From Spirochaetota bacterium (lineage in GTDB: Bacteria > Spirochaetota > UBA4802 > JAFGJZ01): DNA of 64,000 nt. Location of the stretch: NCBI GenBank assembly GCA_027858855.1, contig JAQIBV010000039.1, positions 18,544-82,543 of the forward strand. The letters are read 5' to 3'. A model generated the notes under the pieces. That model searched no databases. It saw nothing but the letters and a program-made list of their open reading frames with translations, and was not told where the DNA came from. Positions 8,774-17,989 of this stretch are shown here, one piece after another; position 1 is the first letter of the stretch, and each line of letters opens with the position of its first letter. A program made the translations under genes and the position numbers.

Positions 8774-10111
8774 ATGAGTCTGTACGAACTATTTATTGGC
8801 TTTAGATATCTCAAATCAAAGAAGCACCAGGCTTTTATCTCTTTCAATACTGTTTTATCTATTGGAATTGTGTTCTTAGGAGTTTTCATTCTGATACTTG
8901 TTATTTCTGTGATGAACGGTTTTCAGGCTCAGATTAAGGACAAAATTCTTGATATCGACTCACACATTACCGTCAACGGATATGATGGTATAAATTTTAA
9001 CTCAGGCATTGAGAACTACAGGTCGGTTACTGCAAAAATCCTTGAGAATCCGGATGTAGTTTCCGCGGTTCCCTACTTTCAGGAGGAGGGAATCCTTAAC
9101 TTTAACCGTAAAATATCGGGAGTGATGATTCGTGGAATCGGCTCGGAGGAGCACATGCCGGCAGATATTCAGAAGTTTATCGATGAAGCTCAGCAGGGTA
9201 TGGATTCACCCCAGAGGAAATTTACAGATAAAAACCAGGTTTATATAGGCAAAGAGCTTTCTGCCTTGAAGCAGATCTTTATTGGCGATACAATTGAAAT
9301 AATTGTGGCAAAACAGAATCAGGTCGACTCTTTTACCGGACTAAGCTCTTCGGCGCCCCGAATCGAGAAACTGAAAGTTGTCGGCTATTTTAAAACTGGT
9401 TACTACGACTTCGATACAAAAATGCTCATTACATCATTGCCAACCGCTCAGGAGATTTACGGCTTTGAGAACAAAGCGTGGGGTATTGGTGTTAAAATAC
9501 GGGACATATATCAGGTTAATCGTGTCGCTATAGAACTCCAGAATCAGCTCGGTTATGACTTTCAGACCTTTACCGTTGAAGACCGAAATGAAAATCTTTT
9601 TCATGCTCTAAATATTGAAAAACTTGTTATGACAGTAATTCTTTTCCTTACAATAATCTCGGCTGGGTTCACCATTATGGGAACGCTTGTTATGGTAGTC
9701 ATGGAGAAGCGTAAGGCAATAGGAATACTTAAGTCGCTCGGAGCACGACCATCATCAATTATGACCATTTTTATTCTGGAAGGATTTCTTATAGGCGTAA
9801 TTGGAACTGTAACCGGAATGTGTGCCGGTATTGTTGCCGCTTTGAATCTGGAATCTATAATTGTTTCTATAGAAGGATTTATTAATTATGTTGGAGACGC
9901 TATCTATACTGCTTTCAATCTTGGAATGTGGGTTAACAGGCATATTATTCCTACTCAGGTTTACTATATTGATGCGATACCCACCGAAATAAACCCAGAT
10001 TTTATAGTCTTTATTGCAGTTTTTGCTGTTTTTCTGGCTACTGTAGCCTCCATTTTTCCGGCATGGCATGCATCACGTTTAAAACCTGTGGAGACAATTC
10101 GTTATGAGTAA
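8774..10111 (+). CDS. lolC: Lipoprotein-releasing system permease, LolC/E family (FtsX-like)
   Basis: N-terminal MSLYELFIGFRYLKSKK... classic LolC/E start; 4 TM FtsX topology with large periplasmic loop; followed by lolD with 8-nt overlap. Confidence 0.8.
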   Translation: MSLYELFIGFRYLKSKKHQAFISFNTVLSIGIVFLGVFILILVISVMNGFQAQIKDKILDIDSHITVNGYDGINFNSGIENYRSVTAKILENPDVVSAVPYFQEEGILNFNRKISGVMIRGIGSEEHMPADIQKFIDEAQQGMDSPQRKFTDKNQVYIGKELSALKQIFIGDTIEIIVAKQNQVDSFTGLSSSAPRIEKLKVVGYFKTGYYDFDTKMLITSLPTAQEIYGFENKAWGIGVKIRDIYQVNRVAIELQNQLGYDFQTFTVEDRNENLFHALNIEKLVMTVILFLTIISAGFTIMGTLVMVVMEKRKAIGILKSLGARPSSIMTIFILEGFLIGVIGTVTGMCAGIVAALNLESIIVSIEGFINYVGDAIYTAFNLGMWVNRHIIPTQVYYIDAIPTEINPDFIVFIAVFAVFLATVASIFPAWHASRLKPVETIRYE

Positions 10112-10802
10112 TATTATAGAGATACGTAATCTTGAAAAAATTTATGGTATGGGGCGTAATGCTCTCCGTGTCCTTAATGGTATTGATCTTGATATCGGAC
10201 AGGGCGAGGTTGTCTCAATCGTGGGGGCTTCAGGTGCCGGAAAGTCAACGCTACTGCACTGTATTGGTTGTCTGGATACTTTTCAGCGTGGATCGCTTTC
10301 AATTAACGGACGTGAATTATCGGGATTTAATGTAGAAGAACTTTCCGGTTTCAGAAATCGCACAATGGGATTCATTTTTCAGGCGAATAATCTTCTGCCT
10401 GAATTTACAGCCCTTGAAAACGTCATGATTCCTCTTCTTATTCGTAGGATGAATAAAAAACGGGCAAAAGTTGAGGCACTGAAAGTTATCGAGCGCTTCG
10501 ATCTTTCCGACCGTCTTGATCATAAACCAGCTGAAATGTCTGGTGGCGAATGTCAACGAATTGCAGTAGCGCGAGCCATTGTAGGAAAACCGGCTCTTAT
10601 TCTGGCAGATGAACCAACCGGAAGTCTTGATAGTAAAAACTCCGAGATTCTTATCGACATTCTTTTTGACCTTGGACGCGAAAATAATTCAACAATAGTT
10701 ATTGTATCGCATGACCCGTTGATTGCGGCGAAAACAAAGCGAACAGTTCATATTGCAGATGGGAAAATAGTGGATAAAAAAGAAGCAGTGGAGGTTTTAT
10801 GA
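10104..10802 (+). CDS. lolD: Lipoprotein-releasing system ATP-binding protein LolD
   Basis: Walker A GASGAGKST, ABC signature LSGGECQRIAVARA, Walker B ILADEPTG. Confidence 0.85.
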   Translation: MSNIIEIRNLEKIYGMGRNALRVLNGIDLDIGQGEVVSIVGASGAGKSTLLHCIGCLDTFQRGSLSINGRELSGFNVEELSGFRNRTMGFIFQANNLLPEFTALENVMIPLLIRRMNKKRAKVEALKVIERFDLSDRLDHKPAEMSGGECQRIAVARAIVGKPALILADEPTGSLDSKNSEILIDILFDLGRENNSTIVIVSHDPLIAAKTKRTVHIADGKIVDKKEAVEVL

Positions 10803-12418
10803 AAATAGAATTTGTTGGTGCAGCTCGAACCGTAACGGGTTCGTCATATATTATAAAAAATGATAATTTTACTCTTATGGTCGATTGCGGAATGTTTCAG
10901 GGTAATCGTGAACTCAGGGATCGTAATCAGCTCAGCCTTATCTATGCCCCCCAGGAAATTGATGCCTTGCTGATCACTCATGCCCACATAGATCATAGTG
11001 GGCTTATTCCTAAATTAGTAAAAGAGGGTTTCGCGGGAAAAATTTTTGCCACAAAGGCAACCTGTGACCTCTTGCAGATTATGCTTCCCGACTCGGCTCA
11101 TATTCAGGAAATGGATGCCGAATTTGTTAATCGTCGCAATCGTAAACTGGGGCGTCCTCCTGTAGAGCCACTCTATACCCAGCCCGATGCATTAAAATCA
11201 CTAGATTACCTTAATCCTAAACCTTATGGTGAAAAATTTTCTGTTCATGAAGATATACAAGCTGTATTTCATGATGCAGGGCATATTCTTGGTTCTTCTT
11301 TTATAGAGCTTCTGGTAACTGAAAAGGGGAAAACAAAAAAACTGGTTTTTTCAGGTGACTTAGGTCCAAAAGATCAGGCTATTATTCGTAATGCAGAGGC
11401 CTTTAAAGGGGCTGACTATCTATTGATCGAATCTACTTATGGAAATAGGTTACATAAGAGCAAACCGGATACCTATGAAGAGTTTAAAGAGATCATTCAT
11501 GACGCCTATAATACAAAAGGAAATATCGTTATACCCTCATTTGCGGTTGAACGTACTCAGGAGATTATCTATACACTCGCACGGCTTTTTCAGTCAGGAG
11601 AAATTCCCAAAATTCCGACATATATCGATTCTCCTCTTGCAATATCTGCTACAGAAATTTTCCGTGAGAACAGTGAATGTTTTGATGACGAGACCCGTGA
11701 AATACTTGATAATGGCGGAACTCCCCTGGGTTTTCCTAACCTGCATTTAACAAGAACTACTCAGGAATCCAAAGATCTAACGCGAACAGCCCGCGGATCC
11801 ATCATCATTTCAGCTTCCGGAATGTGTACAGCTGGGCGCATAAAATATCATTTACAAAATAACCTGTTCAAACACGACTCAAGCGTCGTCTTTGTTGGTT
11901 ATCAGGCTGAGGGAACTCTTGGTCGTAAACTCGTAGATGGTGCAAAAGTTGTTCGTGTATACGGTGACGATGTTGTTGTAAATGCAAAAGTTCACACTTT
12001 GGGTGGTTTTTCAGGTCATGCCGATCGTGATCGTCTGCTTGAATGGATGGGAACCGGCGATAATCCTGACATGAAGGTTTTTGTAGTGCATGGAGAGCAT
12101 GAGGCATCCGAGAATCTTGCTTCACTTATACGCGATAAATACAAATTTACCACACTCGTACCAACCTGGGGTGAAATCGTAGATCTTGATACATTTGAAA
12201 TAACAAGAGCTTCGTATGGAGAACCGCTTATATCTCATACCGATCTTAAAGCAGATAGTGACTCAGCTATTACTGAAATAGAAGAGCTTATGAACCAGTA
12301 TATTGCTAAATATCGCGAAGTAACAAAGAATCCACAGATTGCAAAGGGTGAAGAGATTCAGTCAAATATAGCAGATTTAAAACAGATGATAACCATACTT
12401 AAAGACGAAATTTCATAG
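10799..12418 (+). CDS. Metallo-beta-lactamase / beta-CASP family ribonuclease
   Basis: MBL motif ITHAHIDHSG; beta-CASP-type architecture with C-terminal extension; ATGA overlap with lolD stop (translational coupling). Confidence 0.65.
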   Translation: MKIEFVGAARTVTGSSYIIKNDNFTLMVDCGMFQGNRELRDRNQLSLIYAPQEIDALLITHAHIDHSGLIPKLVKEGFAGKIFATKATCDLLQIMLPDSAHIQEMDAEFVNRRNRKLGRPPVEPLYTQPDALKSLDYLNPKPYGEKFSVHEDIQAVFHDAGHILGSSFIELLVTEKGKTKKLVFSGDLGPKDQAIIRNAEAFKGADYLLIESTYGNRLHKSKPDTYEEFKEIIHDAYNTKGNIVIPSFAVERTQEIIYTLARLFQSGEIPKIPTYIDSPLAISATEIFRENSECFDDETREILDNGGTPLGFPNLHLTRTTQESKDLTRTARGSIIISASGMCTAGRIKYHLQNNLFKHDSSVVFVGYQAEGTLGRKLVDGAKVVRVYGDDVVVNAKVHTLGGFSGHADRDRLLEWMGTGDNPDMKVFVVHGEHEASENLASLIRDKYKFTTLVPTWGEIVDLDTFEITRASYGEPLISHTDLKADSDSAITEIEELMNQYIAKYREVTKNPQIAKGEEIQSNIADLKQMITILKDEIS

Positions 12419-12492
12419 ATGTGATCTCATAGATGTGATCTCATAGATGTGATCTTATAGATGTAATCTCATAGATGTAATCTCATAGATGG
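12414..12492. repeat. Tandem direct repeat, 14-bp unit CATAGATGTGATCT x 5.6 (3 identical copies, then TATAGATGTAATCT, CATAGATGTAATCT, partial CATAGATGG)
   Basis: Read directly; first copy contains the TAG stop of the upstream gene; last partial copy runs into the GGAG Shine-Dalgarno of the downstream gene. Confidence 0.9.
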
Positions 12493-12501
12493 AGCTAATT
12501 T

Positions 12502-13578
12502 ATGCCCGGGCTTATTGAAACCATAACGGATCCGCAGCATTTTCAGAGAATATTCTACGATTTTTTTCTCAAGGGTGAAGTCTATCTGAAAACTGCAAGT
12601 GGTAATTTCAAAATCCATTTTTTAGGATACACGAATGGGCAAGCGGCTCTTAAAATTCCTATTATTAAAAATATGCCGCCTTCCTGTGTCATACTCTGTC
12701 GGATTCCTGGTGAAACAATTTATGCACAGTTAAAACTTATCGAGAAACAGGAAGACGAGAATTATCTTTTATCACCAGTAAAAATTCAGATCATCAGTGC
12801 TGCCCGTAACGAACCCCGTCGTTCCATATCGGGTAAGGGCAAACAGCTTCTCTTTGTAACCAAGGTAATTTCGGACTCAATAATTGAACGATCGATTGCA
12901 TTTGATCAACGTAAAGCTGATCTTGCAAAACAGAAAGTTTCCGATCAACTTCAAACTATGTTTGCTTTTAAAAAGATCTATTTTTCTAATGAGGGAACAA
13001 GCGATGACCGGATGCGTTATTTTTATTCACGCAAAGCCGACTATCTTATTCCCGATTTCAAATCACTTGATCTTAAAAATCCGGTTCAACAGGAATTTAA
13101 TAATTCAATCTTGAGCAAGGATTACTATATTCAAAACCGCGGAACAGTAACGTCAGAAGCCTCTGCAGCAATCTATTACCGGAGTGCAATTCCCTTCGGA
13201 TATATTCAGGTAAATCATAGCAAAAAACTCAATCAATCAGTACTTGATGTTATTAAAAATCTTTCAATGCAGCTATCCAGGATTCTTATATCGGCTAAAA
13301 TATTTAAACCGCTAGATGAAAATCTTTTGGTCAGTGATCTATCAGAAAAGGGTGTGGGTATTGTTTTTCGTGAACGCTCCTACATCCGTTTTTTCCCAGA
13401 AAAAAGTTATGTTCACTTTGAACTTATACTTCCCGATCAGATTCATATTCCTATGCTGACAATTGTCAGGAATATTACATTTCTGGATAATAAAGTAATT
13501 AAAGCCGGATGTGAAATTATTTCAATTGACGATAGTGCAAAGCAGGTATACAATCATTTTCTTGATTCAATCAAGTAG
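12502..13578 (+). CDS. Hypothetical protein with degenerate PilZ-like motifs (possible c-di-GMP effector)
   Basis: RNEPRR (RxxxR-like) and DLSEKGVGIV (DxSxxG) motifs, but non-canonical spacing; GGAG RBS 7 nt upstream. Confidence 0.3.
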   Translation: MPGLIETITDPQHFQRIFYDFFLKGEVYLKTASGNFKIHFLGYTNGQAALKIPIIKNMPPSCVILCRIPGETIYAQLKLIEKQEDENYLLSPVKIQIISAARNEPRRSISGKGKQLLFVTKVISDSIIERSIAFDQRKADLAKQKVSDQLQTMFAFKKIYFSNEGTSDDRMRYFYSRKADYLIPDFKSLDLKNPVQQEFNNSILSKDYYIQNRGTVTSEASAAIYYRSAIPFGYIQVNHSKKLNQSVLDVIKNLSMQLSRILISAKIFKPLDENLLVSDLSEKGVGIVFRERSYIRFFPEKSYVHFELILPDQIHIPMLTIVRNITFLDNKVIKAGCEIISIDDSAKQVYNHFLDSIK

Positions 13579-13598
13579 CCTGAGAGGTTATATTTAAT

Positions 13599-15416
13599 TT
13601 GAATCTTTACAATCTTTTCGACTACAAACTTAAAATAGCTCTTCTTGAAGATGATCCGATTATTCTTCAGGATATTAGTTCCATGCTCGAATCGCTGGGA
13701 CATTCCGTAGTTGCGACCTATCTTTCAGGTGAGGCTATGCTTGAAGAGTATCAGTATCTTCAATGTGACCTCTTTGTGCTAGATATCGAACTTAAGGGCG
13801 AAAAAAACGGTGTAGATGTTGCAGTCGAGATGCAAAAAACACGTTCGGTCCCTCTAATTTACCTTACATCCTATTCTGATGATGAAACTGTAACCAGAAT
13901 TCTTAAGACCGATCCCTATGGTTTCATTCTGAAACCAGCACGAAAAGATCATCTTCGTATCGCAATTAACATTGCCTATTACAAGTTTTTGTCAGATAAA
14001 AGGATTCGGGAAAGTGAACAGCGCTACCAGAGTATTGTTAAAACATTGCCTCTGATGCTGGCTCGAATAAACCCTATAAACGATTTTGTTACCTTTTGCA
14101 ATGATAATTTTAAGGATCACTTTTTTGATCCAACAGGAAAATTTCAAATAAACTTTTTTGATAAAATGGAGAAAATAGGCTTTGCAGATCTTATAGATGT
14201 TTTTCCGAGTTTAAGCCGGGTTGACAACGGAGTTACTAAAGAGTATCAGGTTAATCGTAAAGATAAACAGCACTATTACAAAGTTATATGCCAGGCATTA
14301 TACGATTCTGAAGGAAGTCTGTTCGAGTATCAGTTTTTATGTGAAGACATAACCAGAATTAAAGAGCGTGAACAAAAGATACAGGCATATAGTAGCGAGC
14401 TTGACAAACGAATCCGGGAACTAAAATGCTTGTATAGCATTTCACGTGTACTTGAAAACAGCCGTAATATCAGTAAAATATTGCAAAGAGTTGTTGATGA
14501 GGTAGCGCTTGCTCTTAATGATTCTCAAAATGTCTCCTCCTGTGTTGAGTATGGCGTCGAATCTTTCTACTCCTATAATTTTTTCACAAGTTTCTCAGTC
14601 TTTACTCATCCCATTATTGTTCGGGGAAGTATAGTCGGTCAGATTCATCTACATGTGGTTGAATCTGTGGATCGTTCGGAACTATTTAACAATGGAGAAC
14701 TGGACCTTCTGATCACTGTTTCCGACATGATCAGTAAAATTGTTGAAAAGATTGAAGCTGAAGAGCAGCTCAAAAAACTTGAAAAAGAGATAATCATGAC
14801 CAGCGAACGTGAAAAACAGAATCTGGGTCACGAACTACATGATGGAATAGGTCAGATACTTACAGGAACAAGTTTTATTTTAAAATCATTGGAAAACAAA
14901 TTAGCTAAATCAGGTGATGTGCCGCAAGAACTCACAGATGTTATTGAACTAGTAAAAGATGCTACATCAAAATGCCGCCGTTTATCAAAAGGGCTAGTTC
15001 CGGTCTCCTATTCAAATGAAACCTTTGTCTATCTTGTTGAGCAGTTACTGCATAGCACAAATCAGCTTTACAATGTAAATTTTGAGCTTGACATTCCTGA
15101 AAATTTTGACATTAAAAACAGCTTTGTAACATCACAGCTTTACCGAATTGTGCAGGAAGCTGTTAATAACACCGTTAAACATGCTGACGCTACGAAAATT
15201 ACTCTTCGTCTTGAAGATGAGAATGAATGGGTTCGTCTTGCGATATCGGACAATGGGCATGGTCTTAAAACACGTGGTAAAGACGCAGGGTTGGGGATGA
15301 ATATAATGAAATATCGTGCAGATTTGATCGGCGCTAATTTTGATGTAATCATGGAAGAAAAAAGTGGAACAACTGTTGTGGTCCGATTGCCACGTGATCT
15401 TATTGTTTATGAATAA
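13599..15416 (+). CDS. Hybrid sensor histidine kinase: N-terminal receiver (REC) + PAS-like + HisKA_3 + HATPase_c (NarX/DegS type); TTG start
   Basis: REC (KIALLEDDPII...LFVLDIELKG...K); HisKA_3 H-box EKQNLGHELHDGIGQIL; HATPase N/G boxes (VNNTVKHA, DNGHGL, GLGMNIMKYRADLIG). Confidence 0.75.
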   Translation: MNLYNLFDYKLKIALLEDDPIILQDISSMLESLGHSVVATYLSGEAMLEEYQYLQCDLFVLDIELKGEKNGVDVAVEMQKTRSVPLIYLTSYSDDETVTRILKTDPYGFILKPARKDHLRIAINIAYYKFLSDKRIRESEQRYQSIVKTLPLMLARINPINDFVTFCNDNFKDHFFDPTGKFQINFFDKMEKIGFADLIDVFPSLSRVDNGVTKEYQVNRKDKQHYYKVICQALYDSEGSLFEYQFLCEDITRIKEREQKIQAYSSELDKRIRELKCLYSISRVLENSRNISKILQRVVDEVALALNDSQNVSSCVEYGVESFYSYNFFTSFSVFTHPIIVRGSIVGQIHLHVVESVDRSELFNNGELDLLITVSDMISKIVEKIEAEEQLKKLEKEIIMTSEREKQNLGHELHDGIGQILTGTSFILKSLENKLAKSGDVPQELTDVIELVKDATSKCRRLSKGLVPVSYSNETFVYLVEQLLHSTNQLYNVNFELDIPENFDIKNSFVTSQLYRIVQEAVNNTVKHADATKITLRLEDENEWVRLAISDNGHGLKTRGKDAGLGMNIMKYRADLIGANFDVIMEEKSGTTVVVRLPRDLIVYE

Positions 15417-15443
15417 GCAGAATTACAATCCTTCGGGGGAAAA

Positions 15444-16079
15444 ATGGATATAATGATAATTGACGATCATCCTGTGGTACGCAAAGGTATAAGGTCTATC
15501 CTTGAAAGCGAAGAGGATCTTCATGTCACTCTTGAGGCTGAAAGTGCAGCTGAAGCAATGGAAAAAATTTCCGGTAAAAAGCCCGATTTAGTGATTGTGG
15601 ATATAGAACTGAAGGGTGCTGAAAACGGCGTTCAACTGATTAAAATGATAAAGACTGCTTATCCGGAGATAACCTCTCTTGTTATGTCGATGGATGATGG
15701 TAGTCTTTATGCGGAGCGTGCGATTCGAGCAGGGGCACTTGGTTATGTCGCAAAAGAGGAGGCCTCCGAAAAAATTGTCAGTGCGATTAGACAGGTAATG
15801 AGTGGGGAGCTTTATCTTAGTTCCAAACTTTCGCATATAATTGCCTCAACCCATGTTATGGGTAATTCTATGCTGGATGTTAACCGATTATCGAACAAAG
15901 AGTTGGAGATATTCAAACTGATTGGACAGGGCTACAAAAGGAGTGAAATCTCAAAGCAGATGAGCATGAATATTAATACAATTGAGTCGCATCGACGAAA
16001 AATTCGGGAGAAATTCAATATTAAAAATTCTTCTGACCTTTCGAGGCTTGCTGTCAAGTGGTATGTAGAATCACAGTAG
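15444..16079 (+). CDS. NarL/LuxR-family response regulator (REC + LuxR-type HTH)
   Basis: REC (IMIIDDHPVVRKG...DLVIVDIELKG); C-terminal LuxR HTH (LSNKELEIFKLIGQGYKRSEISKQMSMNINTIESHRRKI). Confidence 0.85.
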   Translation: MDIMIIDDHPVVRKGIRSILESEEDLHVTLEAESAAEAMEKISGKKPDLVIVDIELKGAENGVQLIKMIKTAYPEITSLVMSMDDGSLYAERAIRAGALGYVAKEEASEKIVSAIRQVMSGELYLSSKLSHIIASTHVMGNSMLDVNRLSNKELEIFKLIGQGYKRSEISKQMSMNINTIESHRRKIREKFNIKNSSDLSRLAVKWYVESQ

Positions 16080-16150
16080 GGAACTTCGAAAAATTACAAT
16101 ATTTTAGACGACAGTCCTGTTCAAAAAATATTACTTCTTGTACAACTCAC

Positions 16151-16221
16151 TTGACAAATATATATTGGTATCCTCTAATATTTTAATAATCTCAAAGATA
16201 AGTTTCCTGTTCTTGAACAGG
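16151..16221 (+). promoter_or_regulatory. Candidate promoter TTGACA-17nt-TCTAAT (16151-16179) followed by inverted repeat CCTGTTC-tt-GAACAGG (16206-16221); an additional CCTGTTC half-site lies about 90 nt upstream
   Basis: Near-consensus hexamers with 17-nt spacing; 7-bp-arm inverted repeat about 27-42 nt downstream of the -10 (downstream of the inferred start), before the HAMP-protein gene. Confidence 0.4.
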
Positions 16222-16270
16222 TAAACTTAATGGCATTTCAGCGCATAAAATTGATGATCGGGAGCCACTG

Positions 16271-17074
16271 ATGACGTTTCATCCTAAAAAATTTATTTCT
16301 CTGGTTTTTTCCCGTTTTAAGCGTGATAAATCGTATTCACGCCTTAAAAAGAAATTACTTCTGTACTTTATACTTGTTTCAGTTGTCTCAATTTCTGTTT
16401 CGGCACAGATTATTCTTGAAATGAGTTCCAGCAGGTTTCGTAACCAGATCCGTGATGGCTATATAGAGTCTATTGCAAAGGATATCGGGTTAGAGGAGGC
16501 CTCGCAACTTCAAAATGTCAGTACTGATGCCATTGCAATACCGGTCTCTCAATTACGTAATAGAATGCTTCTAATGCTGATAGTTGTAACTGCCAGTATT
16601 TTCGGAGCATTTTCTCTTTTTGTCCGTGATATTGTCGTTCCCATGGATGGCCTTGTCGAAGCGACTAAAAAAATTGCATCCGGCGATCTTAATGCTCATG
16701 CGCCTGTGATGTCGGAAGATGAAATTGGTCAGTTAGCTGAACTTATTAATGACATGAATATCAATATGCAGGATCTTATTACACAGGTTAGACGTGAACT
16801 TGATAATTATAACTTTGAAATTGCATTTGCCGTCGCCATGATTGGCCAGATTCTGGAAAATGAAAATACAGGTGACGCCCTGAAAAACAAACGTCTTAAA
16901 CTTTCCGAATTTAAACGAATTATTGAATTAAATAAGAGTGTTGAAACTGTACTGGACAAGATGAGTGATAAGCTGACATCTCTTCATAGTTTTATCAGCA
17001 CTTATACTAACTATACGATCTCTTCAGAAATAACTCAGAAAGAGATTGATGAATCACTAAGCCACTACAGATAA
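16271..17074 (+). CDS. Membrane protein with two TM helices and a HAMP domain, no recognizable output domain
   Basis: TM1 LLLYFILVSVVSISVSAQIIL; TM2 LLMLIVVTASIFGAFSLFV; HAMP RDIVVPMDGLVEATKKIASGDLNAHAPVMSEDEIGQLAELIN. Confidence 0.55.
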   Translation: MTFHPKKFISLVFSRFKRDKSYSRLKKKLLLYFILVSVVSISVSAQIILEMSSSRFRNQIRDGYIESIAKDIGLEEASQLQNVSTDAIAIPVSQLRNRMLLMLIVVTASIFGAFSLFVRDIVVPMDGLVEATKKIASGDLNAHAPVMSEDEIGQLAELINDMNINMQDLITQVRRELDNYNFEIAFAVAMIGQILENENTGDALKNKRLKLSEFKRIIELNKSVETVLDKMSDKLTSLHSFISTYTNYTISSEITQKEIDESLSHYR

Positions 17075-17087
17075 TAAAGGAATTTAA

Positions 17088-17888
17088 ATGGTTGTAGATT
17101 TCGTCTTGTTTGAACTGAATATTCAGTATTGGTACATGTTTCCTGTTTCAATTTTAGTTGCTATTATTTGCAACGCATCGGGATTCTCTGGTGGAGTTAT
17201 CTTCCAGCCTATTTATAATATATTTCTGAATATTCCAATCCAGAATGCAGTTGCAACCGGTATTGCGACTGAAACTGTAGGTATGACAAGTGGTGCATTT
17301 CGTTATCTATGGTACAGGATGATCGAATTACCTGTTGGCTTTACAATGATCATGCTTACTATTCCTGGGGTTGTTCTTGGCAACTTTGCACTCCTGGTAA
17401 TAGATGAGGATCTACTTAAGCTTATTCTGGGTATCATTATTATTGGTCTTGCATCGATGCAACTTTTTGGTGCGATACGTAAGCATTTTGGTACCCGCGA
17501 GAATATTCCGATTGAGGATATGTACAGCTATTTATGGATTCCACCAGTCGGAGGGTTCTTTTCAGCTGCTACCGGAACCGGTATTTGTGAACTTGCTCAG
17601 CCAGTTCTTGAAAAAGGGCTTAAAATTAAAACAAAGCGGGCTAATGCTACAGCGATACTCGTAGAAGCGACAGGCGACTGGATCATTACCATCCTCAACC
17701 TTCATGCCGGTTTGATTATGTGGGAGCTGTGGATTTTTACCGGAACAGGTGTTATAATCGGTGGCCAAATTGGCCCTTACTTATCCAAGTACCTCCCTGA
17801 TCGTATATTAAAACTGCTCTTCTCGGTTTTTGTAATCGGCGTTGGTATTTTTTACATTACAAAGGGCATAGACTGGATAATTAAATAG
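17088..17888 (+). CDS. TauE/SafE-family (sulfite exporter-like) integral membrane protein
   Basis: About 8 predicted TM segments with internal duplication; G-rich motifs typical of the TauE family. Confidence 0.6.
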   Translation: MVVDFVLFELNIQYWYMFPVSILVAIICNASGFSGGVIFQPIYNIFLNIPIQNAVATGIATETVGMTSGAFRYLWYRMIELPVGFTMIMLTIPGVVLGNFALLVIDEDLLKLILGIIIIGLASMQLFGAIRKHFGTRENIPIEDMYSYLWIPPVGGFFSAATGTGICELAQPVLEKGLKIKTKRANATAILVEATGDWIITILNLHAGLIMWELWIFTGTGVIIGGQIGPYLSKYLPDRILKLLFSVFVIGVGIFYITKGIDWIIK

Positions 17889-17989
17889 ACCGTTTTTTCT
17901 TGAAATCAGGTTATTATGAAATCAGCTTGACGATTCTCCAGAATAATATACTATATAATTGTATCAGAATTTGAAACAATGAGGAAATC

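Noticed and set aside
12414-12492. Tandem repeat considered as a CRISPR array
   Set aside because: The unit is 14 bp with no intervening unique spacers, the copies are head-to-tail, and no cas genes are nearby. It is a simple tandem repeat.
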